Below are positions 50,279 to 63,600 of a DNA stretch of 64,000 bases, one piece after another (positions within the stretch are counted from its first letter, which is position 1; every line of letters begins with the position of its first letter). Source of the DNA: Mytilus californianus (Eukaryota); the NCBI RefSeq assembly GCF_021869535.1, contig NW_026262686.1, positions 1,736,001-1,800,000 of the forward strand, in the 5' to 3' direction. Both the position numbers and the translations under genes were made by a program. The notes under the pieces are model-generated. The model was not told the origin of the DNA. It did no database searches and was given only the letters and a program-made list of their open reading frames with translations.

Positions 50279-50565
50279 GTTATAATAGTGACACGTACTA
50301 ACAGTTTATATAGATCTTAGTTATAATAGTGACACGTACTAACAGTTTATATAGATCTTAGTTATAATAGTGACACGTACTAACAGTTTATATAGATCTT
50401 AGTTATAATAGTGACACGTACTAACAGTTTATATAGATCTTAGTTATAATAGTGACACGTACTAACAGTTTATATAGATCTTAGTTATAATAGTGACACG
50501 TACTAACAGTTTATATAGATCTTAGTTATAATAGTGACACGTACTAACAGTTTATATAGATCTTA
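50279..50565. repeat. Seven perfect copies of a 41-bp unit
   Basis: gttataatagtgacacgtactaacagtttatatagatctta x7. There is a single diverged unit at about 59140-59180 in copy 2. Confidence 0.95.
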
Positions 50566-50639
50566 AAGTTAGACAAGACCATTTACCAATTCACTATTTT
50601 ATGGTGATTCGTCACCGGAAATGTGTTATGAACGAATAA

Positions 50640-51420
50640 CACGACTGTCGTAACAACTGAAACAGGGGCTACTTACTCTCCGGAGCACCAGACTACACAA
50701 CAGGGTTTTGTGGGGTTCGCGTTGCTCAGTTTCTTGTTTTCTTTCCGTTGTTTGTCTGTTCTTCCCGGAGCACAAGACTATACATCAGGGTTTTGTGGGG
50801 TCAATTTTTTGCCAAGTCTTTATGTTTCTGTACTGTTGTAGTCTGTTCGTTCCGGAGCACCAGACTACACCTCAGCGTTTTATGGAGTTCGTAATGTTCA
50901 GTCTCTGTGTCTGTACTGTGGTTTGTCTGTTCATCCCGGAGCACCAGACTACACCTCCGGATTTTGTCGGGTTCATGTTTCTTTTGTTCTGTACAGTTGT
51001 TTGTTTGTTCGTCCCGGAGCACCAGACTACACTTCAGGGTTTTGTTGGTTTCATGTTTCTCTGCTTTATGTACTGTTGTTTGTCTGGTAGTCCCGGAGCA
51101 CCAGACTACACCTCCGGGTTTTGTTGGGTTCGTGTTTCTTTCATTTCTTGACTGTTGTTCGTCCCGGAGCACCAGACTACACTTCAGGATTTTTCAATGC
51201 TTTGTTAGGTTTATGTTGCTCAGTCTCTAGTGTTTTCTACTGTTGTTTGTTTGTTCGTCCCGGAGCACCAGACTACACCTCAGGGTTTTGTTGGTTTCAT
51301 GTTTCTCTGCTTTATGTACTGTTGTTTGTCTGGTCGTCCCGGAGCACCAGACTACACCTCAGTGTGTTTATGGACTTCATGTTACTCAATCGCCGGTTTT
51401 CTGTCATGTTGTTTGTGTTT
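50640..51420. repeat. ~80-90-bp tandem array with conserved core cccggagcaccagactacacctc
   Basis: About 9 degenerate units derived from the dispersed-repeat module. The paralogous array at 59270-60290 ends in 45-bp units. Confidence 0.85.
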
Positions 51421-53245
51421 CTGGATGTAGGTGGTTGTGTTACTGGGTGTACGTTGGTTGTGTTTCTGGGTGTAGGTTGGTTGTTTTTCTGGGTGTAGGT
51501 TGGTTGTTTCTTGTGTTTTTGGGTGAACGTTGTTTGTGTTCTTGTGTAGGTTGATTGTATTGTGGTGTAGGTTGGTTGTGTTTCTGTTTGTATGCTGGTT
51601 GTTATTCAGGGCGTAGGTTGGTTGTGTTTCTGGGTGTAGGTTGTTTGTGTTTCTGGGTGTAGGCTGGTTGTGTGTCTGGGTGTATGCTGGTTGTGTTTGT
51701 GGTGTAGGTTGATTGTGTTTCAAGGTGTAGGTTGGATGTGTTTCTGGGTGTAAGTTGGTTGCGTTTCTGGGTGTATGTTGGTTGTGTTTCTTTGTGTAGG
51801 TCGGTTGTGTTTCTGGGTGTAGGTTGGTTGTGTTTCTGGGTGTAGGTCGGTTGTGTTTCTGGGTGTACAATGGTTGTGTTTCTGGTGTAGGTTGGTTGTG
51901 TTTCTGGGTGTAGGTTGTTTGTGTTTCTGGGTGTAGAATGGTTGTGTTTCTGGGTGTAGGTTGGTTGTGTTTCTGGGTGTAGGTTGGTTTTGTTTCTGGG
52001 TGTACGTTGGTTGTGTTTCTGGGTGTAGGTTAGTTGTGTTTCTAGGTGTAGGTTGGATGTGTTTCTGGGAGTAGGTGGGTTGTGTTTCTGGGTGTAGGTT
52101 GGTTGTGTATTGGTGTTGGTTGTTTGAGTTTCTGGGTGTAGGTTGGTTGTGTTCTGGTGTACGATGGTTGTGTTTGTGGTGTAGGTTGGTTGTGTTTCTG
52201 GGTGTAGGTTGATTGTGTTTCTGGGTATAGGCTGGTTGTGTTTCTGGGTGTAGGTTGGTTGTGTTTCTGGGTGTAGTTTGGTCAGGAATCTAGGTATTGG
52301 TTGGATGTGTTTATGGGTGAAGGTTGATTGTGTTTCTGGTTGTAGGTTGGTTGTGTTTCTGGGTGTAGGTTGGATGTGTTTCTGGGAGTAGGTGGGTTGT
52401 ATTACAGGATGTAGGTTGTTTGTGTATTGGTGTAGGTTGTTTGTGTTTCTGGGTGTAGATTGGTTGTGTTCTGGTGTACGATGGTTGTGTTTGTGGTGTA
52501 GGTTGGTTGTGTTTCTGGGTGTAGGTTGATTGTGTTTCTGGGTATAGGCTGGTTGTGTTTCTGGGTGTAGGTTGGTTGTGTTTCTGGGTGTAGGTTGGTT
52601 GTGTTTCTGGGTGTAGTTTGGTCAGGAATCTAGGTATTGGTTGGATGTGTTTATGGGTGAAGGTTGATTGTGTTTCTTTGTGTAGGTTGGTTGTGTTTCT
52701 GGGTGTAGGTTGATTGTGTTTCTGGGTTTAGGTTGGTTGTGTTTCTGGGTGTAGGTTGGTTGTGTTTCTGTTGTAGGTTGGTTGTGTTTCTGTTGTAGGT
52801 TGTTTGTGTTTCTGGGTGTAGGTTGGTTGTGTTTCTGGATGTAGGTTGGTTGTGTTTCTGGGTGTAGGTTGGTTGTGTTACTGGATGTAGGTTGTTTATG
52901 TTTTTGGGTGTAGGTTGGTTGTGTTTCTGTTGTAGGCTGGTTGTTTTTCTGGGTGTGGGTTTGTTGTGTTACTGGATGTACGTTGGTTGTATTTTTGGTG
53001 ATTGTTGGTTGTGTTTCTGGGTGTAGGTTGTTTGTGTTTCTGGTGTGGGTTGGTTGTGTTTCTGGGTGTAGGTTGATTGTGTTTCTGGTGTGGGTTGGTT
53101 GTGTTATTGGATGTAGGTTGATTGTGTTTCTGGGTGTAGGTTGATTGTGTTTCTGGGTGTAGGTTGGTTGTGTTTCTGGGTGTAGATTGGTTGTGTTTCT
53201 GGGTGTAGGTTGGTTGTGTTACTGGATGTAGGTTGGTTGTATTAG
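51420..53245. repeat. 23-bp GT-rich minisatellite (array 2)
   Basis: Same unit as 21375-22510; source of spurious ORFs 51382-51870 and 52941-53144. Confidence 0.95.
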
Positions 53246-54009
53246 ATTGTCAAAACTGTCAACAGAATCAAAAGGACCATCAAAAGCATGTAATTTATCT
53301 AAAACATCCAAAGAACTTTTTACTCTCCAAATATAGTCATTTCACTATTTTCATGTATTGTATTACAAAAGTTAATGATAAGTTCTTTGATAGAAGTTAA
53401 GAAACTACGTTTCTTTTCTAGGCGGGTACCGTTTTATTGTATGTCCCTTTCGTTAGTACACCAGGCTGGTTTATTGTATGTACCTTTCGTTAGTACATCA
53501 GGCTGGTTTTATTGTCTGTACCTTTCGTTAGTACATTAGACTGGTTTTGTTGTATGTACTTTTCGTTATTATATTAGACTGGTTTTATTGTATGTACCTA
53601 TCGTTAGTATGATAGACTGGTGTTATTGTATGTACCTTTCGTTAGTACATTAGGCTGGTGGTGATTGTTGGTTATCAGTTACTAGTATCTTCCAAGCTGT
53701 GGTTAAACTAAATTATAATATCAAATACATGTGTAGGTATTATCTCTTTAGCTGTATATAAATATTGCAGATAACTAAAACGTGTTACACGAGACCACTA
53801 ACAATATTTATCTTTAACATGTGTAACCTATGTGTAACCCCTGTAAACAAATATACTTACCGATGATAGAGTTATCACGTAATAGTCATACATCTTTTGA
53901 ACACTAGCTACATGGATAGGTGGGTAGATATTTAACGTTCTTTAGTTGCTCCGATAGTACAGTTTTTTTATGAGGCGCGGATTAAGTCAAAATTATTGTT
54001 TTAAAGGAG

Positions 54010-54410
54010 ATCATGAAATATTTCAGTACCTCCATAATTCGAGTTCAAGATATCCATAAATCATTATGGACCTTCGTATTGCGATCTCAGGATATCCTGA
54101 AATATTTCATGACCTCCCGAATTCGATTTAAAGATATCCTGAAATATTTCATGACCTCCACAATTCGATTTAAAGATATCATGAAATATTTCATGACCTG
54201 CACAATTCGATTTAATGATATCCTGAAATATTTCATGACCTCCACAATTTGATTTAAGGACATCCTGAAACATTTCATGACCTGTATAATTCAATTTCAG
54301 GACTTCCAAAATCCGATTTCTGGATATCCATTATTCGATTTCAAGACATCCTGAAGTCGATTTAAGAATATCCTGAAATCGAATTGTGGAGTTCATGTAA
54401 TATTTATGAT
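54010..54410. repeat. 42-bp minisatellite (about 7 units, then inverted units); about 3 units at 40185-40330 in copy 1
   Basis: Unit atatcctgaaatatttcatgacctccacaattcgatttaaag; inverted copy aatcgaattgtggagttcatg near 54377 and 41597. Confidence 0.85.
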
Positions 54411-54708
54411 TTGGCAAGGAACGTCTATAACCTAACTGGGATATTAAGTCTCTAAAAACTTAACTGTAACCATTTTTCTCTAACCTACTTTAACCCTCAG
54501 TCTCTAACATAACTGTTACTTCAAATCTCTTACCTAACAATAACCCTAAGTCTCCAACCGAACTGTTACCCTCGGTCTCTGAGCTTAATGTCACGTGCAC
54601 CATTAGTCTCTAGCCTTTCTGCCACCCTAAATTTTGTAACTCTGTCTCTAGGATTAATGTTACATGCACCCGCAGTCTCTAACGTAACTGTCACTAAAAA
54701 AACAATAT

Positions 54709-56515
54709 ATAAATCCTGAAAGGCTGAGGTAAGGAATAAATGGAGGACAAAAATGTCAATCTAATTAGGAAGAGACGGAACTTGTCTACATTAAAAAGTA
54801 TAATGACTCATCTTAATTTTCATTTTATGTCAGACAACGCGTGGTATTAGAGCTTGAAAGCAAAGGCTACAGTATTGTTACCGACATCCTTACCCCTGAG
54901 GAATGTAACCAGTACATAACACAATACAAGGAATGGCTCAGCAGATTCGGCGATGAACGTCCTTATCGGGAGGAATCGTTGACTCATCAGTTCAGGGTTG
55001 CACATGCTGAACCGACATGGAATGTCCGGCTAAAATCCAAACCAGTTTTTGCGTCTATTTGGCAGACAGAGAATTTGTTGAGTAGTATGGACGGCGTAGC
55101 AATGGAGGAGCCACCAGAACTAGGTAAAAAGATTGTGTTGCACATGTAAGCGTAAAACATGTTCTTATCACCAAATCAAATTCCGGGACTTGAAACCGTG
55201 ACCTCTGTGATACTATACAGCGCTCTATCCGACTGAGCTAAGAACTTCCCTAGGGTGGCTAAGTATCCACTCCTTTAAGAAAGAAATCCCGTCACACTTC
55301 CCCCACCCCAAGAGTCATCATATCAATATGACTCTCACAGCACGCACCCTGGATAGATATCATCTCTATCCTGATTTTACCATGGGTTTTTTACTTCGGC
55401 GCCAAATGTAACTTTATTAGAAAATCATCTGAAATCAAACCCGAGACTTCTTTGTTACAAGTCAGCGCTCTAATCGACTGAGCTAAATCTCAACAGCTGT
55501 ATCTACTACTCAAGGGAAGCAATTCCGTCACTAACATCTATTATCACTTTAAAATTATCAGTACACCGAAAATGTTGTTCATTGAATCAAAAGGTGGGGG
55601 TGAACTATATGCTTAGTTTACTGTGGCACATGTATATTAATATATTATGAATTAATTATAATATAGTTTTCAATTAAACAAAAAGTTTATTTGCTTAACA
55701 TCAAACTCATTTTATATGAAGAAAAGATGGTTCGTCCACTTTTGAAACATAGAATTGACATTAAAGATATACTATTATGTACTTTCTCATATTTTACAGG
55801 TCGATCTTCTTTTTGCAATTCTGACTACTTTTGGTTACACACTGATCAAGGCTCTTGGAGAGAAGGATTACATGCATATCAAGGAGCCGTCTATCTCGAA
55901 GAAACGTCAGAAACAGATTTCTGCTTTAGAGTGCTGGAAAATTCAGTTCAGTTTCACAAAGAATTTTATGAAAATTTTCCCACTGCGAAAGAAAAATCTG
56001 CAGGCGAAGATTTTTATATTCTCTCAAAAGAAGAAATCGATTGGTTTATATCTAAAGGATGTAAAATTAAGAAAATTCCGGTTCCAAAGGGAGGAATGGT
56101 ATTATGGGATTCTAGAACAATACACGATAATATTGCTCCAACGAGAGGTCGGCCAAACTCTGATCGATGGCGCTTCGTAGTATTTGTGTGTATGGTTCCA
56201 GCAATATGGACTACATCAGAGGACATTGAGTTAAAAAAGGAAGCTTATGATGAAATGGCAGCAACAGCACATTGGCCGGCACAAGGCGTATGGCTATTTC
56301 AGAAAACCTCCGAAAGAAATAAAACAAATAAGTTTTCTCACCTAGAAATGATTCAAGAACAACCAGGTATTGCCAAAAGCAAAGACGTTTTAAGGTTAGT
56401 TGGTATAGAGAAGTATGCTGCTGAGGAAAATAACGAAGTTATATCAAAAAGACCAAAGTGGAACATTTTGTTTGATTGTGATGCTTGGAGGAAGAGAGAG
56501 ACACACCAAAATTGA
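54709..56515 (+). CDS. PhyH-like dioxygenase, paralog B; exons 54709-54728, 54834-55123, 55800-56515; start codon appears as ATA
   Basis: Exons 2 and 3 have the same lengths (290 and 716 nt) as in paralog A, with an open frame and an intact HTD/H triad. ATA AAT CCT GAA AGG CTG AG|GT stands where A has ATG AAT CCT. Confidence 0.75.
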
Positions 56516-57439
56516 TATCAAAGAGACCAAAGTGGAAGACACGTAAATTCCACCTTATTAACAAAATACTGACTTTTGATACTTAAGGTTGATAACTCTT
56601 GTAAGTTATTAACATTTTAAATATATTATTGACATGAACTATTATATCTATAACTTTGAAGACACTGTTAATGACATGAACTATATAATGTTCAAACATA
56701 AAGACACCTATTGTTTTATCAAAGAAACCTATTGTTATGCAGAATTGATGAAATAATTTTGTTCAGTAAAAGTATACATGTTCTTATTTCTTCGAAAGAT
56801 GATCCAGTATAGTTGATGGTTAAAATTAAAAAATACGAGAATTTATTAAGTTTTCAGACTAAACCACACGATCAATCGTGTATGAATAGTGCCGTAATTG
56901 AAATATGTAAAGAATATGAACTTTTACCGTAACTGTACTCATGGCTGCCATTTTGCATGTATCGAGAACAATTACCTTGAAAGTATTTACGGCTGTCATT
57001 TGGTATATCGAGAACAATTATCTTGATAGTAATCACTGAAGTGCCAGTGGAATGGCCACGTGAATATAAATATGACTAAATGTAAATAAACTGTTTATTT
57101 GTAATACAGCATCAACGTTTTTCATGTCATACATCGCAATAAAGTTACAACGCATCTTCAAACTTTTCCATACAAATACTGCGGATAACGTTAAAACTAC
57201 AAAAAATAAAATAAAAAAGTTCTTAGTTCCTTATAGAATCGTTATTTACAACAAAAATACAATATTCTATCGTTATTCAAATATTAACCTAATTATAAAT
57301 GAAATTATTATCTGTTTGGGCCATTTATATTGCAACGCATTTTACGCAAATCATTAGTTTTAGGATCAAGTGACAAAAAGGGAAAGAGTTTCTACAGTGC
57401 TATGCTATCCGTATCTTTCTACTACTCTACGGCGGTAAC

Positions 57440-58985
57440 AATCATGACTGTCATTTGGTATATCGAGAACAATTATCTTGAAAGTAATCACGGCTGTCAT
57501 TTGATATATGGAGAACAATTATCATGAAGGTAATCATGCCTGTCATTTGGTATATCGAGAACAATAACCTTGAAAGTAATCACGGCTGTCATTTGATATA
57601 TCGAGAACAATTACCTTGTAAGTAATCACGCCTGTTATTTGCTATATCGAGAAGGATTTTCGTGAAAGTAATCACGGCTGCCATTTGGTATATCAAGAAC
57701 GATTATCATGAAGGTAATCGCAGCTGTCATATGGTATATCGAGAACAAGTATCGTGAAAGTAATCACGGCTGTCATTTCGAATATCGAGAACAATTATTT
57801 TGAGAGTATTCACGGCTGTCATTTGGTATATCGAGATGGATTATCGTGAAAGTAATTACGACTGTCATTTGGTATACAGAGAACAATTTCCATGAAAGTA
57901 ATCACGGCTGTCATTTGATATATCGAGAACAATTACCTTGAAAGTAATCACGCCTGTTATTTGTTATATCGAGAAGGATTTTCATGAAAGTAATCATGTC
58001 TGTCATTTGGTATATCGAGAACAAGTATCGTTAAAGTAATCACGGCTGTCATTTGGATTATCGAGAACAATTATCTTGAAAGTAATCACGGCTGTCATTT
58101 GATATATGGAGAACAATTATCATGAAGGTAATCATGCCTGTCATTTGGTATATCGAGAACAATAACCTTGAAACTAATCATGGCTGTCATTTGATATATC
58201 GAGAACAATTACCTTGTAAGTAATCACGCCTGTTATTTGTTATATCGAGAAGGATTTTCGTGAAAGTAATCACGGCTGCCATTTGGTATATCAAGAACAA
58301 TTATCATGAAGGTAATTGCAGCTGTCATATGGTATATCGAGAACAAGTATCGTGAAAGTAATCACGGCTGTCATTTCGAATATCGAGAACAATTATCTTG
58401 AGAGTATTCACGGCTGTCATTTGGTATATCGAGATGGATTATCGTGAAAGTAATTACGACTGTCATTTGGTATACCGAGAACAATTTCCTTGAAAGTAAT
58501 CACGGCTGTCATTTGATATATCGAGAACAATTACCTTGAAAGTAATCACGCCTGTTATTTGTTATATCGAGAAGGATTTTCGTGAAAGTAATCATGTCTG
58601 TCATTTGGTATATCGAGAACAAGTATCGTTAAAGTAATCACGGCTGTCATTTGGATTATCGAGAACAATTATCTTGAGGGTATTCACGGCTGTCATTTGG
58701 TATATCGAGATGGATTATCGTGAAAGTTATTACGACTGTCATTTGGTATATCGAGAACAATTTCCATGAAAATAATCACGGCTGTTGTTTTAAGAGAAAT
58801 CACGGCTGTCATGTGGTATATCGAGAGTAGTTATCTAAAGTAATCACGGCTGTCATTTGGTATATCGAGAACAGCCATGAAAATTATCACGGCTGATATT
58901 TCGTTTATCAAGAACAATTATTGTCAAAGTCATCACAGCAGTCATTTGGTATATCGAGGATAATTACCTTGAAAGAACAAGTATT
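57440..58985. repeat. 46-bp minisatellite, about 33 copies, with its own ~598-bp block duplication
   Basis: Same unit as 48050-50075; a variant block at about 57500 recurs at about 58098. Confidence 0.92.
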
Positions 58986-59269
58986 ACGATCGGAAAATGA
59001 AAGATCTTTATCGGTAATTAAATCAATTAAAAACCTTTTAACTTCAAGAGCTGCGAACAAATATTCATTGTAGATGTACACCTCACATTCCATAATAATT
59101 GTATTTAGATTGAAGTTGCATATTTTATTGTCTTATGATAATAAGTAATAGTGACAGGTACTAACGGTTTATATACATCTTAAAGTTAGACAAGACCATT
59201 TGTCAATCCACTATTTTATGGTGACTCGTCACCGGAAATGTACTATGAACGACAATACGACTGTTGTAA

Positions 59270-60290
59270 CAACTGGAGCAGGAGCTGCTAACCATTCCGA
59301 GCACCAGCCTCAACCACAGGGTTTTGTGGGGTTCGTGTTGCTCAGTTTCTAGTTTTCTTTCCGTTGTTTGTGTGTTCTTCCCGGACCACAAGACTACACA
59401 TCAGGGTTTTGTGGGGTCTGTTTTGTTCAGTCTTTGGATTTCTGTACTGTTTTAGTCTGTTGGTTCCGGAGCACCAGACTACACCTGAGTATTTTTATGG
59501 GGTTAGTTTTGCTAGTCTCTAGTGTCTGTACTGTGGTTTGCATGTTCGTCCACAGCACCAGACTACACCAGCGTGTTTTGTTGGGTTCATGTTTCTCTGG
59601 TTTCTATATTGTTGTTTGTCTGTTCGTCCCGGAGCAGCAGACTACACCTCAGGATTTTTCAAAGCTTTGTTAGGTTCGTGTTGCTCAGTCTCTAGTGTGT
59701 TTTCTACTGTTGTTTGTCCGTTCGTCCTGGAGAAACAGACTACACCTCAGGGTTTGTTTATTTCGTGTTGCTAAATTTTTTTTTGTACAATTGTTTCCTG
59801 TTCGTTCTTAAGCACCAGACAACACTTTAGGGATTTTTGGTTCGAGTTTTCATAATTTGGTTTCTGTGCTGCTGTTTGATGGTCGCCACGGAGCACCAGA
59901 CTACACCTCAGTGTGTTTTTAAACTCTATGTTACTAAGTCGCCGGTTTTCTGTTATGTTGTTTGTGTGTTAGTCCCGGAGCACCAGACTACACCTCAGTG
60001 TGATGTTTGTGTGTTCGTCCCGGAGCACCAGACTACACCTCAGTGTGATGTTTGTGTGTTCGTCCCGGAGCACCAGACTACACCTCAGTGTGTTGTTTCT
60101 TTTTTTCGTCCCTGAGCACCAGATTACACCTCAGTGTGTTGTTTGCGTGCTCATCCCGGAGCACCAGACTACACCTCTGTGTGTTGTTTGGGTGTTCGTC
60201 CAGGTGCACCAGATTAGACCTCAGTGTGTTGTTTGTGTGTTCGTCCCGAAGCACCATGCTACATCTCAGTGTGTTGTTTGTGTGTTTTGT
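59270..60290. repeat. cccggagcaccagactacacctc array switching from ~85-bp to 45-bp units
   Basis: 45-bp units gttcgtcccggagcaccagactacacctcagtgtgatgtttgtgt from about 59970. Confidence 0.85.
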
Positions 60291-60609
60291 GTTTGTTGTG
60301 CATTTTCAACAAAGGACAGTCTCCAACATTGTAGACGAGAATAGAATTCATGATAAAAATCTCTGTTATGTTGATCTTGTATTGCTGATCATTAAGTCTG
60401 TTTAGTTTCTCTCTATATTCAGTAGTTTTTGCTCAAAACACAAAAGAGGGTTAAAAAAAATCCTCATTTAAGGGCAATCACTCCTATAAAGAATGATAGT
60501 CTACTAACTATATCGGCAAAATTTGACTTGTTAGTAGATATCTTGCCTTGCTGATCATTTTTGTGATTTAAAGTGTCTATTTATCTATTATAATTTTATC
60601 TTATAAGGC

Positions 60610-63600
60610 TATTATTATTATTATTATTATTACAATTTTTCTATAGCGCTAAATCTAAAACAATATTACTCAAAGCGCTTTACATCACATGTTAAACGAA
60701 ATATACACACAGACAGTGATAAAAATATAAAACATGAACACACAAAATAAATATTTAAGTGTTAAAACTTTTCTAGATAAAAGGATTAATAATGTGGAAA
60801 TTTTTACAAAAAAGTGGAATATATATATCAATGAATCAAAATAAAATTATACTGAATAAAGTTGGTAAAATAAATAGCCAAAAAAAGTCTAAAATAAGAT
60901 TGCTATTAAAAATTATCAAATATTAGTTAAAAATTTGAAAACGTATTCAAAAGATGAAAAAGGAATATTACCATGTAAAAATATAATTACTGAAATGAAA
61001 AATATGTGTGCTACTAAAAACATACAATGTACATATTATAAATGAAACATATCTCCAGTTAAAAGAAAGGTTCGATAAATCAAAAGCAGGCTAACGTCTA
61101 TGGCACAATGTATCACAGAAACGAATTTAAGGGATTAAAAATGCTTGTCGAAAAAAGTGAGTTTTTAAGTTCTTTTTGAATACAGGCACCGACTTTGCAT
61201 TTTGAAGTTTTTTTGGTAATGCATTCCAAAGGATGGCCGCTGCTTGATCAAATCTTCTATTGCCGTAGGTTTTGGTTCGCACAATAGGAGTTACGAGTGT
61301 TAAGTTGTTTTCAGACCTTAATGATCTTGATGGCGTGTATAAATTTACAAGTTCACTAAGATATAATGGCGCTTCATGTTTCACGGACTTGAATACATAT
61401 AATAATATTTTGTATTGCACCCTGTATTGCACAGGCAGCCAGTGAAGAGACTCAAGTGTCGAAGTAATGTGTTCGTATTTCTTTTTTCTTGTAACCACTC
61501 GCGCAGCAGTGTTCTGAACCCTTTGTAGTCTCTGAATCATGTAAGCTGGTAGTCCATAGAGTAAAGCGTTGCCATAATCCAATCTAGAAATGATTAACGA
61601 ATTGACCAGAGTTTTACATGCATCCTCGTTGATGTACGGACGTATGCGACCTATATTTCGTATTTGATAAAAACATGATCTCGAAACTGAACTGACTTGT
61701 TGGTGCATTGACAGAGTCTTATCAAAATGAACACCCAGATTTTTAATACACTCAGAACTTGTAATGATGTTTCCTTTAAAGGTGAGATTGCAATCCTTCA
61801 AATCTTTCACTCGGTTTTTCGGAGCAAATAGCATCAGTTCCGTTTTGTCCTCGTTCAGTTTAAGCATGTTTACACACATCCAGGAACTTATATCGGCCAA
61901 ACAGTCCTCAATTCGATTCGATGTGTTTTTCCAGTTATCAAGAGGTTCGAAAACTAAATAGATCTGCGTATCATCGGCGTAGCATTGATAAGACATGTTG
62001 TGACGTCTACAGATTTCGCCGATCGGCTTCGAAAATATAGTATATAGCTTTGGGCCAAGCACGGAGCCCTGCGGCACACCGCAATTAAGACGAAATTCGT
62101 TGGAGTGGGCCGAGCCTACTGCTATACGCTGTGTCCTATCTCGGAGGTAAGAGAGTAACCATTTCAGAGCAGAACCTGAGATTCCAAAAGCATATTCTAA
62201 TCTAGCTTCGATAATGTTATGGTCAATCACATCAAACGCCGCAGAAAGGTCGAGCATCAATAAAACGGCACAACAGTTTTTGTCTAGCGCACTTGCAATG
62301 TCATGGTGAACTCGAAGTAACGTTGTTTCGGTTGAGTGTCCCGCACGATAGGCAGATTGAGCAGGGTCATGAAGAGTGTTTGACAATAGATGCTCTTCTA
62401 GACGACTTTCAATAACTTTTTCGAGAACTTTAGAATCGAAAGGAAGGTTCGAAACCGGGCGATAGTTTTTCAGTGTGTCTTTATCTAAACCGGGTTTCTT
62501 CAACAGAGGTCGCACAATAGCCTCTTTATACGATACTGGTACAGTAGAAGTTGATAATGACTTGTTTATGATCATCGTAATATTGCTGGCAATGCTGTTT
62601 ACACAAGTTTTCAAAAGCGTAGTCGGGATTGGGTCGAGTTCACAAGATTTACTTGACACTTTTAGATTTATTTTCGACACTTCATCAATTGACGCAGGGT
62701 GGAAGTTGGTGAGAGTGTTGCCTTCAAAACGTATATCTGCTCGTAGAGGGTCAATATCGTCGATAGAATTATTCGCCGAAAGTAAACTTGTCCTGATGTT
62801 TTCGATTTTCTCAAGAAAAAAATGTCCGAAACGATTTGACAGTTCAAACTCGCTTTGATGTGATGGAAGGATGACGTCATTACTATTTCCCAAAAGTCCG
62901 TTGGTTAATTTGAAAAGTTTTTTGTGATCATTTCCAATATCCGAAATTTTGTTTGAATAGTAATTAGTTTTACTTTGTATCAGTATTTTATTTGATGTGA
63001 CACATAATTCTTTGTATATCAACTTGTGAACCTCGAGCTTTGTTTTCCGCATAGTTCTCTCAGCTTTCCGACGCTCGACCTTTGCTTTGCGGATTTTGTC
63101 GCCATACCATTCCGTGTTCGGTCGCATCGTTATGATTTTTGTTTGAACCGGTGCATGTTTGTCTAAAACTGCCTTGAGATCGGAATTATGCGATTTAACC
63201 AAATTCTCAATGTCAGGATCATTGTTGTGAATGAAACAATTCGTGTCGATGTCAGCCTTAAAACTTTCAACGTCGATATTGTTTATCTTTCGGATTGTCA
63301 ATGATTTTTTCAGTCTTGCTGGTTTGCTAAGATTGATTCGGCTATGAACAGCAAAATGATCTAAGGACGCATTGCTTTTATCGTTGTATATTTGCGTGTC
63401 TTCGATTGACGGTTCACCCAACAAGATTGAACTGTTTTCTCTACTTATGATAACATCGAGCGTGTGTCCACGGATATGTGTGGGTCCATCAACTTGTTGT
63501 ACTAGTCCACGATCGCTAAGTGACTCAGTGAACCTTCGCCCACCGCAATCACTAACGTCATCAAGATGGAAATTAAGATCACCTACGATGATGATTTCAC

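Larger units (their letters stand above)
36600..51420. other. Segmental duplication, copy 1
   Basis: Colinear with 53420-59970: 38-bp array, unique block (39860-40180 = 53655-54010), 42-bp repeat, PhyH gene, 46-bp array, 41-bp unit, dispersed-repeat array. Boundaries approximate. Confidence 0.85.
53420..59970. other. Segmental duplication, copy 2
   Basis: Same order of blocks as copy 1. Homology ends near gccggttttctg..atgttgtttgtgt (51391 / 59941). Confidence 0.85.

Noticed and set aside
50640-51420. CRISPR-like look: conserved 23-bp core with variable intervening sequence (also 59270-60290)
   Set aside because: The intervening segments are homologous to each other rather than unique spacers. 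There are no cas genes and the context is eukaryotic.
50708-53144. Several 60-160 aa ORFs (PEHQTT, NQPTP repeats)
   Set aside because: They arise from the tandem arrays, open in multiple frames at once.
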